Assembly: GCA_019187495.1 (NCBI GenBank)
Contig: JABAQN010000009.1
Location: 34,934-98,933 of the forward strand
Source: Steroidobacteraceae bacterium
GTDB taxonomy: Bacteria; Pseudomonadota; Gammaproteobacteria; Steroidobacterales; Steroidobacteraceae
Direction: 5' to 3'
DNA: 64,000 nucleotides
Shown here: positions 45,657 through 55,141 of the stretch, piece after piece
How positions within the stretch are numbered: the first letter of the stretch is position 1
How the letters are laid out: each line of letters starts with the position of its first letter
Notes under the pieces: generated by a model
What the model was told of the DNA's origin: nothing
Databases searched by the model: none
Seen by the model: the letters and a program-made list of their open reading frames with translations, nothing else
Made by a program: the position numbers and the translations under genes

Positions 45657-46748
45657 TCAGTCAAACAGGATGAGGCCGCGCGCATTGCGCCCCGCTTCGA
45701 GGTCGGCGAACGCCCGCGGCGCTTCCTCGATGCCATAGGTTCGCGTGATGAGTCCCTCGAGATCGAGACGCTTCGCCTGGTAGAGCGCCAGCAGGTTCGG
45801 CATGTCCACGCGGAAATTCGAATTGCCGTAAAAGCAACCGAGGATCCGTTTTGCTTCGCCGGCGAGCAGCAGCGCATTCAATTGCATGGCTTCGGTGTAC
45901 CGGCCGACGCCCACGATGCACACGCTGCCCCCGCGCCGTGCCGCCGCGTAGGCCTGCTCCATCACGGCGGGCCGCCCGGTCATCTCGAAGCTGTGGTCCA
46001 CGCCGAGGCCACCCGTAAGCGCCTTCACTGCCGCGACCGGATCCTCGCTCGCGTTCACGCAATCGGTTGCACCGAAGCGGCGCGCGTATTCGAGCTTGTT
46101 GTCGGCCAGATCGATGGCGATGATCTGCTTCGCGCCCACGAGTCGCGCACCCTGGATGGCCGCGAGGCCGACGCCGCCGCAGCCGAAGATCGCGACGGTC
46201 GAGGCCGGTTCGACTCCCGCCGTGTTCGCCACCGCGCCCACGCCGGTCATCACCGCGCAACCGACCAGCGCGGCACTCGCGAACGGAATCGACCGGTCGA
46301 TCGCGATGACATTCGCGGCGGGCACCACCGCGAACTGCGCGAGGCACCCGAGCTGCGACATGGCCCCGAGCTCCTGGCCGCGCAGCTGCAGCCGGCTCGT
46401 GCCATCCCACATCCGCCCAGCCGCATCGCAGTGCACGCACAGATGGGGCTCCTTGTGTGCACAGAACCAGCACTCGCCGCAGTTTGGCACGAAGGAAAGC
46501 ACGACATGGTCGCCGACTTTGACATTTGTCACACCCGGGCCGACTTCCGTGACAACGCCGGCGCCCTCGTGCCCGAGCACCATCGGCAGCGGCATCGGCA
46601 CCGTGCCGTTGGCCACCGAGAGATCCGAGTGACACACCCCGGCGGCCTTCATGCGCACACGCACTTCGCCGGCGCGCGGTGATGCGAGATCGACCTCTTC
46701 GACCGACAGGCGATTCAGTTCGAGTGCGACCAGAGCCTTCACGTTCAC
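45657..46748 (-). CDS. Zn-dependent alcohol dehydrogenase (MDR family); first gene of the 10-gene operon
   Basis: 363-aa ORF with GTG start, GVCHSDLS, GHEGAGVV, CGECWFCAHKEPHLC and IFGCGGVGLAAIQGA. Confidence 0.9.
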   Translation of the reverse strand: MNVKALVALELNRLSVEEVDLASPRAGEVRVRMKAAGVCHSDLSVANGTVPMPLPMVLGHEGAGVVTEVGPGVTNVKVGDHVVLSFVPNCGECWFCAHKEPHLCVHCDAAGRMWDGTSRLQLRGQELGAMSQLGCLAQFAVVPAANVIAIDRSIPFASAALVGCAVMTGVGAVANTAGVEPASTVAIFGCGGVGLAAIQGARLVGAKQIIAIDLADNKLEYARRFGATDCVNASEDPVAAVKALTGGLGVDHSFEMTGRPAVMEQAYAAARRGGSVCIVGVGRYTEAMQLNALLLAGEAKRILGCFYGNSNFRVDMPNLLALYQAKRLDLEGLITRTYGIEEAPRAFADLEAGRNARGLILFD

Positions 46749-46902
46749 CCCCGTGGGCCGGCTGTCGATGCCACAGCGACCGGTCGATCTTAGCCAGCAG
46801 GGCGAGCAGCGCCTTACGTGATTACCGACTGGTCAATTCTGATTAGGCCTTTCGCGCGATCGCGCTTTTGTCGAGACTCCTGCGTGTTAAGGTCCGACGA
46901 CC

Positions 46903-47625
46903 ATGGAAAAACTGATCTACGCCTTCTGGCGCGGCAACGAGTCGGCCGATGCCCTGCGCCGGCGCCTCATCAAGGACGTGCAGCCGCAGCTCCTCGCATT
47001 CGGGGTCGATCGCTTGCAGGTCAATGTGGCCGACCTCGACCTCACGGGCGCCGTCGAGCACATGCGGCTCAGCACCGGCGCGGGCGCGAAGCCGGACGGC
47101 ATCGTGAGCTTCTGGCTCACGAGCGCGTATCGGCGCGCACCCGCCGAGCAACTGCTCGCGAAAACCTTCGCGCGCATCGCGGGCTACGTCGTCGCCGAGT
47201 CGACGATCCTGCAAAACGTCGATCATCCCGCACCGGCGGGTGAGCGCACCTGGGGCTTCAGCCAGGTGAGCTTCCTGAAGGTGCCGGCGCGCCTCGGGTT
47301 CGACGAATGGCGGAGAATCTGGTTCGAGCGACACACGAAGGTCGGCATCGAGACGCAGGCCAACTTCCGCTATGTGCAGAATGTCGTCATCCTGCCGCTC
47401 ACCGCCGACGCCCCCGCGTGGCGCGGCATCGTCGAGGAAGGATTCCCGATCGAGGCGCTACGCGACCTGCGCGTCTTCTATGACGCGGTCGGGAATGAGG
47501 CGAAATTCCAGGCCAATCTCGCGCTGATGATGGAAAGCTGCGGGCGCTTCCTCGACGCCGACGGAACCGATGTCGTCGCCACGAGCGAATATGTGCTGCA
47601 CTCGGCGCCCGAACCGAAACTGTGA
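46903..47625 (+). CDS. Hypothetical protein (possibly tandem EthD-like alpha+beta barrel)
   Basis: 240-aa ORF with ordinary composition, divergent from the 10-gene operon. The N-terminus MEKLIYAFWR.. resembles EthD-type starts. The family was not verified. Confidence 0.5.
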   Translation: MEKLIYAFWRGNESADALRRRLIKDVQPQLLAFGVDRLQVNVADLDLTGAVEHMRLSTGAGAKPDGIVSFWLTSAYRRAPAEQLLAKTFARIAGYVVAESTILQNVDHPAPAGERTWGFSQVSFLKVPARLGFDEWRRIWFERHTKVGIETQANFRYVQNVVILPLTADAPAWRGIVEEGFPIEALRDLRVFYDAVGNEAKFQANLALMMESCGRFLDADGTDVVATSEYVLHSAPEPKL

Positions 47626-47628
47626 CGC

Positions 47629-48069
47629 TTATGCGCTCTGCATGCCCCCGAGCAATTGCCCGAGCTGGGCCGCGATCTTCGCGTATTCCCAATACGCCTT
47701 GAGCGAGACGATCTTGCCGCGCGCATCGACCCGGTACACGACGACGAGGTCGGTTGCGATCTCGAGGCCATTCGGCATGCGATTCACGAACGTCGCGACG
47801 TTCGCACACTCATCGCCCGTCGGGTAGGACTCGCGGATCCGGGTATCGAGTTGTCCCGGGGCGATCGCAACATCCCAGAAGCGCCCGATCGCTTCCTTGC
47901 CGCGGTGCCCGAGCCCCGACGGATCGAGAGGCGAGACACCTACCGGATCCTGGATCACCGCATCGTCCGCGAAGAGATCGAGCCAGGCTGCCTTGTTCTT
48001 CGCCCGCACGGCCGCGAGGGACTCCGCGCCTGCCTGCTGGGCACGATTGGTGAATTTCTCCGCTGGCAT
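47629..48069 (-). CDS. SnoaL/NTF2-like protein related to ketosteroid isomerases
   Basis: Start MPAEKFTNRAQQ. WLDLFADDAVIQDPVG repeats the KSI core motif seen at 16342..16716. Confidence 0.7.
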   Translation of the reverse strand: MPAEKFTNRAQQAGAESLAAVRAKNKAAWLDLFADDAVIQDPVGVSPLDPSGLGHRGKEAIGRFWDVAIAPGQLDTRIRESYPTGDECANVATFVNRMPNGLEIATDLVVVYRVDARGKIVSLKAYWEYAKIAAQLGQLLGGMQSA

Positions 48070-48131
48070 TTCTCTTGCTCCGCCGGCTGAACCCGGTGTC
48101 ACTATACTGGCCCGGACGGAGAAAGGGCCAC

Positions 48132-48950
48132 ATGAAACGACTTGGGAATCGCGTCGCGGTCATCACGGGCGCAGGTGCCGGCATCGGCAAGGGTATCGCG
48201 CGCCGCTATGCCGCCGAGGGCGCCACCCTCGTTCTCGCCGAGTACGACGCGACCACCGGCGCGCAGGCCGCCGAAGAAGTGCGTCGTGAATTTGGCGCGA
48301 CGGCGGAGTTCGTGCACGCCGACGTGACCCGGCGCCCCGAGGTCGAGGCGATGATCCAGACGGCGCTCCAGCGCTTCGGCAAGGTCGATATCCTCGTGAA
48401 CAACGCCTGGGCACGACGCCGGGGCGGTCCGTTCGCGGCACGCGTCGAGCAACAGACGCAGGCGGATCTGGATCACGCCTGGCGCATCGGCGCCCTGTCG
48501 GCGCTCTGGGCCATGCAGGCAGTGTTTCCTTCGATGCGCGCCCAGCGCTGGGGGCGCATCGTGAACCTGTGCTCGCTGAACGGCGTCAACGCCCACCCCT
48601 TCACTGTGGACTACAACATGGCGAAAGAGGCGCTGCGCACCCTGACGCGCACCGCGGCGCGCGAGTGGGCGCCGTACCAGATCTGCTGCAATGTCATCTG
48701 CCCGGGCGCGGCGACCGAGGCCTACCGGAAGTTCGCCGAGGCGAATCCGGAGAACGCCGCCGCCATGCTGAAACTCAATCCCATGGGCCGCATGGGCGAT
48801 CCCGAAATGGACATTGGCAGCGTGGCGCTCTTTCTCGCGAGCGAGGATTGCCGCTACCTCACCGGCAATACCCTGTTCGTCGATGGCGGCAGCCATATCA
48901 ACGGCGTTCCCTGGTCACCACCGTTGCCGGAGTCACCCGTACCCGCCTGA
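48132..48950 (+). CDS. SDR family oxidoreductase
   Basis: Start MKRLGNRVAVITGAGAGIGKGIARRYAAEGATLVLAEYD (GGAGAAAGGG upstream), with YNMAKEAL. Confidence 0.9.
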   Translation: MKRLGNRVAVITGAGAGIGKGIARRYAAEGATLVLAEYDATTGAQAAEEVRREFGATAEFVHADVTRRPEVEAMIQTALQRFGKVDILVNNAWARRRGGPFAARVEQQTQADLDHAWRIGALSALWAMQAVFPSMRAQRWGRIVNLCSLNGVNAHPFTVDYNMAKEALRTLTRTAAREWAPYQICCNVICPGAATEAYRKFAEANPENAAAMLKLNPMGRMGDPEMDIGSVALFLASEDCRYLTGNTLFVDGGSHINGVPWSPPLPESPVPA

Positions 48951-48969
48951 AGAGGCGTCCGCACCCGGC

Positions 48970-49749
48970 TCAGGGTCGATTCACCGACGCGCCGCCATCC
49001 ACGTAGAGAATCTGGCCGGTGATGAACGATGCGCGGCCCGAGGCGAGGAACACCACCGCCTCGGCGATCTCCCCGGGCTCGCCGAGCCGGCCGAGCGCCG
49101 CGGCGGCATTCAGCTCCTCGGCCCGCTGTGGATAGGCCTCGAGGTACTGCGCGACACCGGGCGTACGAATCACTCCGGGCGCCACGGCATTGATGCGGAT
49201 TCCGTCCTTCGCATACTCGGCGGCCGTGCTCTGCGTCAGGACATTCACGCCGCCCTTGGCCGCCGCATATGGCGTGTTGCAGGGGTGACCATACTGCGCC
49301 GCGCGCGACGAGATGTTCACGATCGCCCCACCCCGGCTCGCGGTGAGCATCGCCTGCAGTTCGTACTTCATGCACAGCCAGGTGTTCGTGAGGCACCCAG
49401 CCACGGTCTGCGCAAAATCTTCGTGGCTGAACTCGTGGATGAACCCCTGGCCGCGGCTCGCGGCCGCATTGTTGCAGGCGATGTCGATTCGTCCGAAGTG
49501 CTTCACCACCGCCGCGATCGCCGCCTCGACCTCCGCTTCGACGGCAACATCCGCGCCGACTGCCAGCGAATCGCGCCCCTGCGCGCGGACGAGTGCCGCG
49601 GTCTCCTCCCCGGCGTCCGCCTCCCTCTCGAGGATCGCGACGCCGGCGCCCTCGCGCGCCAGGGTCAGCGCGATCGCGCGTCCGATGCCGCGACCGCCGC
49701 CGGTCACGAGCGCCACCTTGCCTGCCACTATTCCTGAATCCACATTCAC
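48970..49749 (-). CDS. SDR family oxidoreductase
   Basis: GTG start (GAGGA 7 nt upstream): VNVDSGIVAGKVALVTGGGRGIGRAIALTLAREGAGVAILER ... YAAAKGGV. The 470-aa ORF in the track is an extension. Confidence 0.88.
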   Translation of the reverse strand: MNVDSGIVAGKVALVTGGGRGIGRAIALTLAREGAGVAILEREADAGEETAALVRAQGRDSLAVGADVAVEAEVEAAIAAVVKHFGRIDIACNNAAASRGQGFIHEFSHEDFAQTVAGCLTNTWLCMKYELQAMLTASRGGAIVNISSRAAQYGHPCNTPYAAAKGGVNVLTQSTAAEYAKDGIRINAVAPGVIRTPGVAQYLEAYPQRAEELNAAAALGRLGEPGEIAEAVVFLASGRASFITGQILYVDGGASVNRP

Positions 49750-49894
49750 TTTTCGATCCTCGAGCCACCGACGCCGCTTGACGGCTGCACACTTGCAACG
49801 CATCTTCGTCGGACGCGCATTGTGACACCTCTTGCGCAACGAACATGCAACCCGGTGCGCCGCGGGATTGACCGGCTTGACGAGGAACCTGTCG

Positions 49895-50776
49895 ATGACG
49901 AATGCCGCAATGGATCTTCCGCTTTCCGGCAAGTCCGCGCTGATCACGGGTGGCTCGGGCGCCATCGGCTCCGGCAGTGCCGCGGCACTGCTGCGCGACG
50001 GCTGTTCGGTGACATTGCTGGCGCGCCGCCAGGATGCCCTCGAGCGGGCGCGTGCGCGGCTGCTGCCGCTCGCCCGTGGTGGCGCAACCATCCGCCTCGT
50101 ATCGGGCGATGCGCTGGTGGGCGCCGATGTGCAGCGCGCATTGGGCGTCGCGAGTGGACAGCGCGGCGCAGTCGACGTGTGCGTCGCAACCGTCGGCGGC
50201 ACCACCTGCCGGCCGCTGCTGCTGCACGACGGGAAGAGCGTCATGGACGAATTGGCGCTCAACGTCCAGTCCGCCTTCCTCGCGATCCGCCACTGCATCC
50301 CGGGCATGGCGGCGGCCGGCGGGGGCAGCATCGTGCTCATCTCTTCCGAAGCCGCGGTGATGCCGCCCGAGTGGTTCGCCATCTATTCGACCGCGAAGGC
50401 GGCGGTGGATGCGCTCGCGCGCGCGAGCGCGCAGGAACTCGCTCGCTTCCGGATCCGCGTCAATGCCATCCGCCCCGGCCTGACGCGCGCCGAATGTTCG
50501 GATTTCATTTTCGGCTCGGAGGACACCCGGAACTGGGCGACGAGCAAATACCCGCTCGGCCGGCTCGGCGAGCCCGAGGACATCGGCGCAGCCGTGCGCT
50601 ACCTCGCGGGGCCCGAGTCGTCGTGGGTGACAGGGCAGAGCCTCTCGGTCAGCGGCGGCGCGGAACTGCGTTCACCGCTCGACTTCACGCGGGTGCTGGC
50701 GCCGCTTTATGGCGAGGCGACGGTGGCCCGGGTCATCGCGGGTGAAGACCCGCTCGCACAATCCCGGGCGCAATGA
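49895..50776 (+). CDS. SDR family oxidoreductase
   Basis: Start MTNAAMDLPLSGKSALITGGSGAIGSGSAAALLRDG (GAGGAA upstream), with YSTAKAAV. Its stop overlaps the PQQ-dehydrogenase start (ATGA). Confidence 0.88.
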   Translation: MTNAAMDLPLSGKSALITGGSGAIGSGSAAALLRDGCSVTLLARRQDALERARARLLPLARGGATIRLVSGDALVGADVQRALGVASGQRGAVDVCVATVGGTTCRPLLLHDGKSVMDELALNVQSAFLAIRHCIPGMAAAGGGSIVLISSEAAVMPPEWFAIYSTAKAAVDALARASAQELARFRIRVNAIRPGLTRAECSDFIFGSEDTRNWATSKYPLGRLGEPEDIGAAVRYLAGPESSWVTGQSLSVSGGAELRSPLDFTRVLAPLYGEATVARVIAGEDPLAQSRAQ

Positions 50777-53181
50777 TGGTCACGATGCTTCAGCGGGTTC
50801 ATGCATTGCTCCTGGCCGCAATCGGCCTCGCGATGCTCATCGGCGGAGCGAAGCTGCTGCGTCTCGGCGGCTCGGCGTACTATCTCGTCATCGGGCTCCT
50901 GCTCGTCGCGAGTGCGGTGCTGCTGTGGCGCCGCCGCCGAAGCGGTGCCTTGCTCTACGGCGCGATTCTCTTCATCACGCTGGCATGGGCCATCCGGGAA
51001 GCCGGCTTCGACGCCTGGGCCCTCGCGCCACGCCTCGGCCTGTTGTTCGTGCTCGGCGCCTGGCTGCTGCTGCCGATCGCGCGACGGGGATTCATGCCGC
51101 CGACACAGAGTTCCTCGCGCGCCCGCGGGCTGCGAATTCTGCCGAGGTCGCTGCGCCTCATCGGTGCCGCCGTGCTCGCGATCCTGATCGGCTGGGGATT
51201 GCGCATCGCCGGGCCCGCCGCGCCGGCTGATCCTGCCTATCAGGCCGGCGTGCGCGCGCCACAAGGCATCACGGGCACAGCCACGAGTGCGCGCCCGGGT
51301 GCAGACAGTTGGGCGTCCTACGGTAACGACCCTGGAGGCTCGCGCTTCAGCGCTGCCGCGCAGATCACGCCGGCGAACGTCGGTCGGCTCGAAGTCGCCT
51401 GGACCTACCGCGCCGGTGCACCTTCGCTGCCCGGCTACCTCAACTTCGAAGCCACGCCGCTCAAAGTGGGTCACTCGCTCTATCTGTGCACCGGCTACAA
51501 CGACGTCATCGCACTCGACGCCGACTCCGGCCGCGAGATCTGGCGCTACCGGGCCCACGTCGACACGACCGACGTGACGGCCTTCACCTGCCGTGGCGTG
51601 GCGTACTACCGCATTCCAGGCGCCACCGGGACCTGCGCGGCGCGCATCTACACCAACACGGTCGACGCGCGACTCATCGCCCTCGATGCCGGCGATGGTC
51701 ACCCCTGCGAGGATTTCGGCACCCATGGCATCGTCTCGCTGCTGGCGGGCATGGGCGAAGTCACACGCGGGTACTATCTCGTGACATCTGCGCCCACGGT
51801 GGTGCGCGGCCGGATCGTGCTGGGCGGCTGGGTGACGGATGGCCAGTTCTGGGGCGAGCCCTCCGGCGTCATCCGCGCCTTCGACGCGCAGACGGGCGCC
51901 CTCTCGTGGGCCTTCGACATGGGCCGACCCGACCGGCACACCGAACCGCCGCCGGGCGAGACTTACACGAAAGCGACGCCGAATTCCTGGGCGCCGATGA
52001 GTGTCGACGAAGCGCTCGGTCTCGTTTACGCCCCAACCGGCAACGCCACACCGGACTACTACGGCGCGCAGCGACGCAGCTTCGATGATCGCTATTCGTC
52101 GTCCGTCGTCGCGCTCGATGCCGGCACGGGCGACGTCCGCTGGTCCTTCCAGACCACGCACCACGATGTCTGGGACTACGACGTCGCCTCCCAGCCGACG
52201 CTGGTGGACCTGCCGACGGCGCAGGGCGTGCGCAAGGCGCTGGTCCAGCCGACCAAGCGTGGCGAAATCTTCGTGCTCGATCGCATCACGGGCGAACCCA
52301 TCAAACCGGTCGAGGAACGCGCGGTGCCGCAGCGCGGTGCGGCCGCGGGCGAGCGTCTCTCGAAGACCCAGCCCTTCTCGGTCGGCATGCCGTCGTTTCG
52401 CGGCCCGGATCTCACCGAACGAAGCATGTGGGGACTGACGCCTCTCGACCAGCTCTGGTGCCGCATCCGTTTCCGCGAAGCCCGCTACGAAGGGACACTG
52501 ACACCGCCGGGTTTGCAGTGGGCCGTGTTCTATCCAGGGTCGGTGGGCGGCCACAACTGGGGCAGCGTCAGCGTCGATCCGGATCGGCACATGATGGTGG
52601 CCACCTCCAACCGGATCGCGAACTACGTCCGCCTGCTTACGCGCCAGGACGCCGACGCGCGCGGGCTCAAGCCGCGCCGCCCGGGCAGCAGCGAAGTGGT
52701 CGGTGCCGCGGCGGCGCAGGAAGGCACGCCTTTCGGGGTAGACGTGCGCCCGTTCCTCTCGCCACTCGGCGTCCCGTGCCAGCCTCCGCCGTACGGAATG
52801 CTCTCCGGAGTCGATCTCGAGACGGGACAACTCGTCTGGCACCACGCGCTGGGCACCGCCCAGGACAGCGGTCCGCTCGGAATGCGGCTGGGCCTCAAGC
52901 TCCCGTTCGGCCCGCCGAATGCCGGCGGCGCGATTACGACCGCCGGCGGCCTGACTTTCGTCTCGGCCTCGCTCGATGCCTACCTGCGCGCCTTCGACAC
53001 CGCGAGCGGGAAGCGCCTGTGGGAGGCGCGCCTGCCCGCCGGCGGCCAGGCTACGCCGATGACCTACACGACCGACAGCGGCCGGCAGATGGTGGTCATC
53101 GTGGCCGGTGGCATGGCGGCGTTCAACACGCTCACCGGCGATTACGTCGTGGCCTTCGCGCTGCCGAAGGAGCGTCCATGA
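50773..53181 (+). CDS. Membrane-bound PQQ-dependent dehydrogenase, glucose/quinate/shikimate family (paralogue)
   Basis: 802-aa ORF with N-terminal TM helices and HHDVWDYDVASQPTLVDL. Confidence 0.9.
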   Translation: MMVTMLQRVHALLLAAIGLAMLIGGAKLLRLGGSAYYLVIGLLLVASAVLLWRRRRSGALLYGAILFITLAWAIREAGFDAWALAPRLGLLFVLGAWLLLPIARRGFMPPTQSSSRARGLRILPRSLRLIGAAVLAILIGWGLRIAGPAAPADPAYQAGVRAPQGITGTATSARPGADSWASYGNDPGGSRFSAAAQITPANVGRLEVAWTYRAGAPSLPGYLNFEATPLKVGHSLYLCTGYNDVIALDADSGREIWRYRAHVDTTDVTAFTCRGVAYYRIPGATGTCAARIYTNTVDARLIALDAGDGHPCEDFGTHGIVSLLAGMGEVTRGYYLVTSAPTVVRGRIVLGGWVTDGQFWGEPSGVIRAFDAQTGALSWAFDMGRPDRHTEPPPGETYTKATPNSWAPMSVDEALGLVYAPTGNATPDYYGAQRRSFDDRYSSSVVALDAGTGDVRWSFQTTHHDVWDYDVASQPTLVDLPTAQGVRKALVQPTKRGEIFVLDRITGEPIKPVEERAVPQRGAAAGERLSKTQPFSVGMPSFRGPDLTERSMWGLTPLDQLWCRIRFREARYEGTLTPPGLQWAVFYPGSVGGHNWGSVSVDPDRHMMVATSNRIANYVRLLTRQDADARGLKPRRPGSSEVVGAAAAQEGTPFGVDVRPFLSPLGVPCQPPPYGMLSGVDLETGQLVWHHALGTAQDSGPLGMRLGLKLPFGPPNAGGAITTAGGLTFVSASLDAYLRAFDTASGKRLWEARLPAGGQATPMTYTTDSGRQMVVIVAGGMAAFNTLTGDYVVAFALPKERP

Positions 53182-53537
53182 TCAAGGCGATAGCCCTGCT
53201 CAAGGCCCGCGCCGATCTCCCGCACGAGGACTTCGTGGACTACTACGAGACGCGCCATGTGCCGCTGATTCAAAGCCTCCTGCCCGAGACGCTGGATTAC
53301 CGGCGCAACTACCTTCGGCTCGAAGGCGCCGTCATCTGTGAGGGTGCGAGCGCGCCGGACTTCGACGTCATCACGGAAATGCGGTTCGCGGATCGCGCGA
53401 GCTTCGAGCGCATGATGGCGATCGCGACGCGCGCCGACATTGCACAGCGTATCGCGGAAGATGAAGAGCACTTCCTCGATCGCAGCCGCACGCGCATGTT
53501 CCTGGTCGAGGAGCGCGGCGCCGGACCGCCGCGCTGA
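53178..53537 (+). CDS. EthD-domain protein
   Basis: MIKAIALLKARADLPHEDFVDYYETRHVPLI.. (119 aa). Its ATG overlaps the PQQ-dehydrogenase stop (ATGA). Confidence 0.75.
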   Translation: MIKAIALLKARADLPHEDFVDYYETRHVPLIQSLLPETLDYRRNYLRLEGAVICEGASAPDFDVITEMRFADRASFERMMAIATRADIAQRIAEDEEHFLDRSRTRMFLVEERGAGPPR

Positions 53538-53601
53538 GCGGACTCCATCGAAGACATGAACCGTGCGATCGCCAGGCCGGCGGTCGCGCTGCGCGTGCGC
53601 G

Positions 53602-55065
53602 TCAGCTTCTCTCGACCCGCACCAGTCGTTCATCGCGCAGCGCCGACCGGCGCACCTTGCCCGCCTCGTTGAACAGCGGCCGCGTCACACGCTCGAAGCT
53701 GTGCGGCCACTTGTAGCGCACGAGGCGCGGTTCGAGGTGCGCACGCAGTTCCTCGTCGGAGACGGCCGCGCCGCCGGTCTCGACGATGGCATGGATGCGC
53801 TGGCCGAGATCGTCGTCCGGAAGGCCGATCACCACGCTCGCGCGGATCGCCGGATGCGCGTTGAGCGCGGCCTCGATCTCGGCCGGGTAAACGTTGCGTC
53901 CACCGCAGAGAATCATGTCGGTACGCCGGTCGGCAATGTAGAGATAGCCGTCCTCGTCGAGCCAGCCCATGTCGCCGACCGACTCCCAGCCGTCGTCCGT
54001 CACACGCCGCTCCGCGCCACGATAGTGAAAAGTGCTGCCCGCGCCGCCAGGCGGCAACATGTAGATCTCGCCGACTTCGCCTTGCGGCAGTTCACGGCCG
54101 TCGCCATCGAGGATCTTCAGGCGGCAGCCATCCACCGGGCGTCCGACCGAACCCGGGTGCTGCAGCCACTCGCTGCCGGAGATGAAAGTGCGCCCGATGC
54201 GCTCGCTCGGCCCGTAGCCTTCGAACAGCCGCTCGGGCCCGAGCCACTCGATCCACGCGCGAAACAGCCACTGCGGGCACGGCGCCCCGCCCGTGCCGAC
54301 GTACTCGAGTGAAGAAACGTCGTAGCGTTTGCGCACGGCCTCGGGCAGGCGCCAGATGCGATTCAGCATCGTCGGCACGAAGAACACCTTGTCGACCCGG
54401 TGCTGCTCGATGAGCTGCAGGCACCGCTCCGCATCGAAGCGGCGCATCACGACGCTCTTGCCGCCCGCGAAGATGCCGCCCCAGGCGGCGCTGAACGGCC
54501 CCGCGTGATACAGCGGACCCGGCACCAGCATCGCATTGCGCGGCTTGAACAGCGACATCGCCCGTTCGGTGTCGTAGAGCGCAGGGTTTGCGGGGATGAT
54601 CAGCTTCGGGCGCCCCGTGCTGCCGCCCGACGCCATCGCGCGTTCATGCGGCGCGACGAGCTCCGGCAGGGGCCCATCAGCGAATTCGGGGCCGGGTTCG
54701 TAACCGGCGGGCAGCGTGCGGCGCCCCTGCACCGGCTCGTCCAACCCCACGATCAGCGTCGGATCGGCTTCGGCGATCAGCGCGTCGCGTTCCATGCGCG
54801 GCATGGCGGGCGCGAGCGGATTCGGCACGGCACCGAGCTTCCAGGCCGCGATACAGGCATGGAAGTACTCCGCACAGTTGGGCAGGCAGATCGAGACAAA
54901 ATCGCCCTCGCGCACGCCTTGGGCCGCATAGGCTCGTGCCAGCCGGTTCGAGCGTCGCTCGAGCTCTGCGCAGGTGACGGGCACGTCCTCGATCACGATG
55001 ACGGTGCGTTCCGGCGTGCGCTCGGCGAACTCGCGGATCAGGCGGACGTAGGGGATCTTTGCCAT
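53602..55065 (-). CDS. AMP-dependent acyl-CoA ligase
   Basis: Internal Met MAKIPYVRLIREFAERTPERTVIV. AMP motif MASGGSTGRPKLI. Typical C-terminal ..GKVRRSALRDE. Confidence 0.88.
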   Translation of the reverse strand: MAKIPYVRLIREFAERTPERTVIVIEDVPVTCAELERRSNRLARAYAAQGVREGDFVSICLPNCAEYFHACIAAWKLGAVPNPLAPAMPRMERDALIAEADPTLIVGLDEPVQGRRTLPAGYEPGPEFADGPLPELVAPHERAMASGGSTGRPKLIIPANPALYDTERAMSLFKPRNAMLVPGPLYHAGPFSAAWGGIFAGGKSVVMRRFDAERCLQLIEQHRVDKVFFVPTMLNRIWRLPEAVRKRYDVSSLEYVGTGGAPCPQWLFRAWIEWLGPERLFEGYGPSERIGRTFISGSEWLQHPGSVGRPVDGCRLKILDGDGRELPQGEVGEIYMLPPGGAGSTFHYRGAERRVTDDGWESVGDMGWLDEDGYLYIADRRTDMILCGGRNVYPAEIEAALNAHPAIRASVVIGLPDDDLGQRIHAIVETGGAAVSDEELRAHLEPRLVRYKWPHSFERVTRPLFNEAGKVRRSALRDERLVRVERS

Positions 55066-55141
55066 GGACGGTCTCGGAAAGATGGTAGCGAGCCATCCCC
55101 CGGCTTGCATGCGCTTGCTGGATGCGTAAGCTGCCCGCAGC

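Noticed and set aside
46777-46786. 10-bp palindrome CGACCGGTCG, and a TGATTA...TGATTA direct repeat nearby, in the divergent promoter region of the 10-gene operon
   Set aside because: They are too short and too GC-biased to distinguish from chance. I could not find a matching site in the other promoter regions.
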